From contig NW_021836013.1 of the NCBI RefSeq assembly GCF_006345805.1, forward strand, positions 1 through 25,619: 25,619 bases of DNA, in the 5' to 3' direction. A program made the position numbers and the translations under genes. Positions 25,070-25,619 of this stretch are shown piece after piece (within the stretch, counting starts at the first letter, position 1; every line of letters starts with the position of its first letter). The notes below the pieces were generated by a model. It saw only the letters and a program-made list of their open reading frames with translations, did no database searches and had not been told where the DNA came from. This stretch comes from Octopus sinensis (Eukaryota).

Positions 25070-25339
25070 CACTATTACTTTATTGTGTAAACTCAGTGGC
25101 TACTACTTAATTCACACACACACACACAAACATACAAACATGCACACACAAACACATGAATATGCAGAATACATACATACAAGGGTACACACATACACAT
25201 TCATATATATATATACATACACACACGCACGCATACATACATACATACATACATATCTGTATACACATGCACATTGAAGCACACACATGCACACAAACAA
25301 ACAAAAAGAATGCAGCTCCGATAACGGACAGAGTCAACA

Positions 25340-25378
25340 ACTACTGAAGAGGTTGCAAGAAGCAACGAAAATTTTAGT
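25340..25378 (+). ncRNA. Minimal type I hammerhead motif, intact core (family 5)
   Basis: ACTA-CTGAAGA-G-GTTGC-aagaa-GCAAC-GAAA-AT-T-T-TAGT. Stem I 4 bp, stem II 5 bp, helix III is the palindrome AAAATTTT. Confidence 0.78.
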
Positions 25379-25473
25379 AAAAAAAAAATAAATAAACGAG
25401 TGGAAATCGAACCGGTGAGTGTGTTAATTAATAAGAGATTAAAACAGGATGACTCTCTCCAGACACAACAAAA

Positions 25474-25619
25474 TTGTTGTTGTTGTTGTTGTTGTTGTTC
25501 TTGTTGTCTTGTCTTGTTGTTTTGTTGTTGTTGTTGTTGTGTGTTTGGTGTTGTTCTTTTCTTCTTCTTCTTCTTCTTCTTCTTCTTCTTCTTCTTCTTC
25601 TTCTTCTTCTTCTTCTTCT
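25474..25619. repeat. (TTG)n then (TTC)n microsatellite running off the window end
   Basis: Seen directly. Confidence 0.97.

Overview
Repeat-saturated, AT-rich eukaryotic DNA that is intergenic or intronic. The tRNA-derived SINE families and dense (TA)n/(CA)n/(GATA)n/(TAA)n microsatellites are typical of an octopus (cephalopod) genome; this taxon call is an inference. I found no host protein-coding gene. Almost all ORF-track entries are microsatellite read-through or antisense to retroelements. Recognisable parts: about 9 SINE copies or fragments from 4 families, three R4/Dong-type LINE fragments sitting in (TAA)n, decayed CR1/L2-group, RTE and probable Tx1/L1-type LINE fragments, and some MITE-like elements. 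The most notable signal is ten hammerhead-ribozyme (HHR) motifs from about six sequence families, folded by hand; six retain both core motifs (CUGANGA and GAAA). They sit in short non-coding Penelope-like or retrozyme-like modules, mostly embedded in (TA)n. The modules occur as long inverted repeats or as a 472-nt unit whose repeat boundary falls 2-4 nt from the predicted self-cleavage site. All ribozyme calls are structural predictions, and none has been tested for activity.
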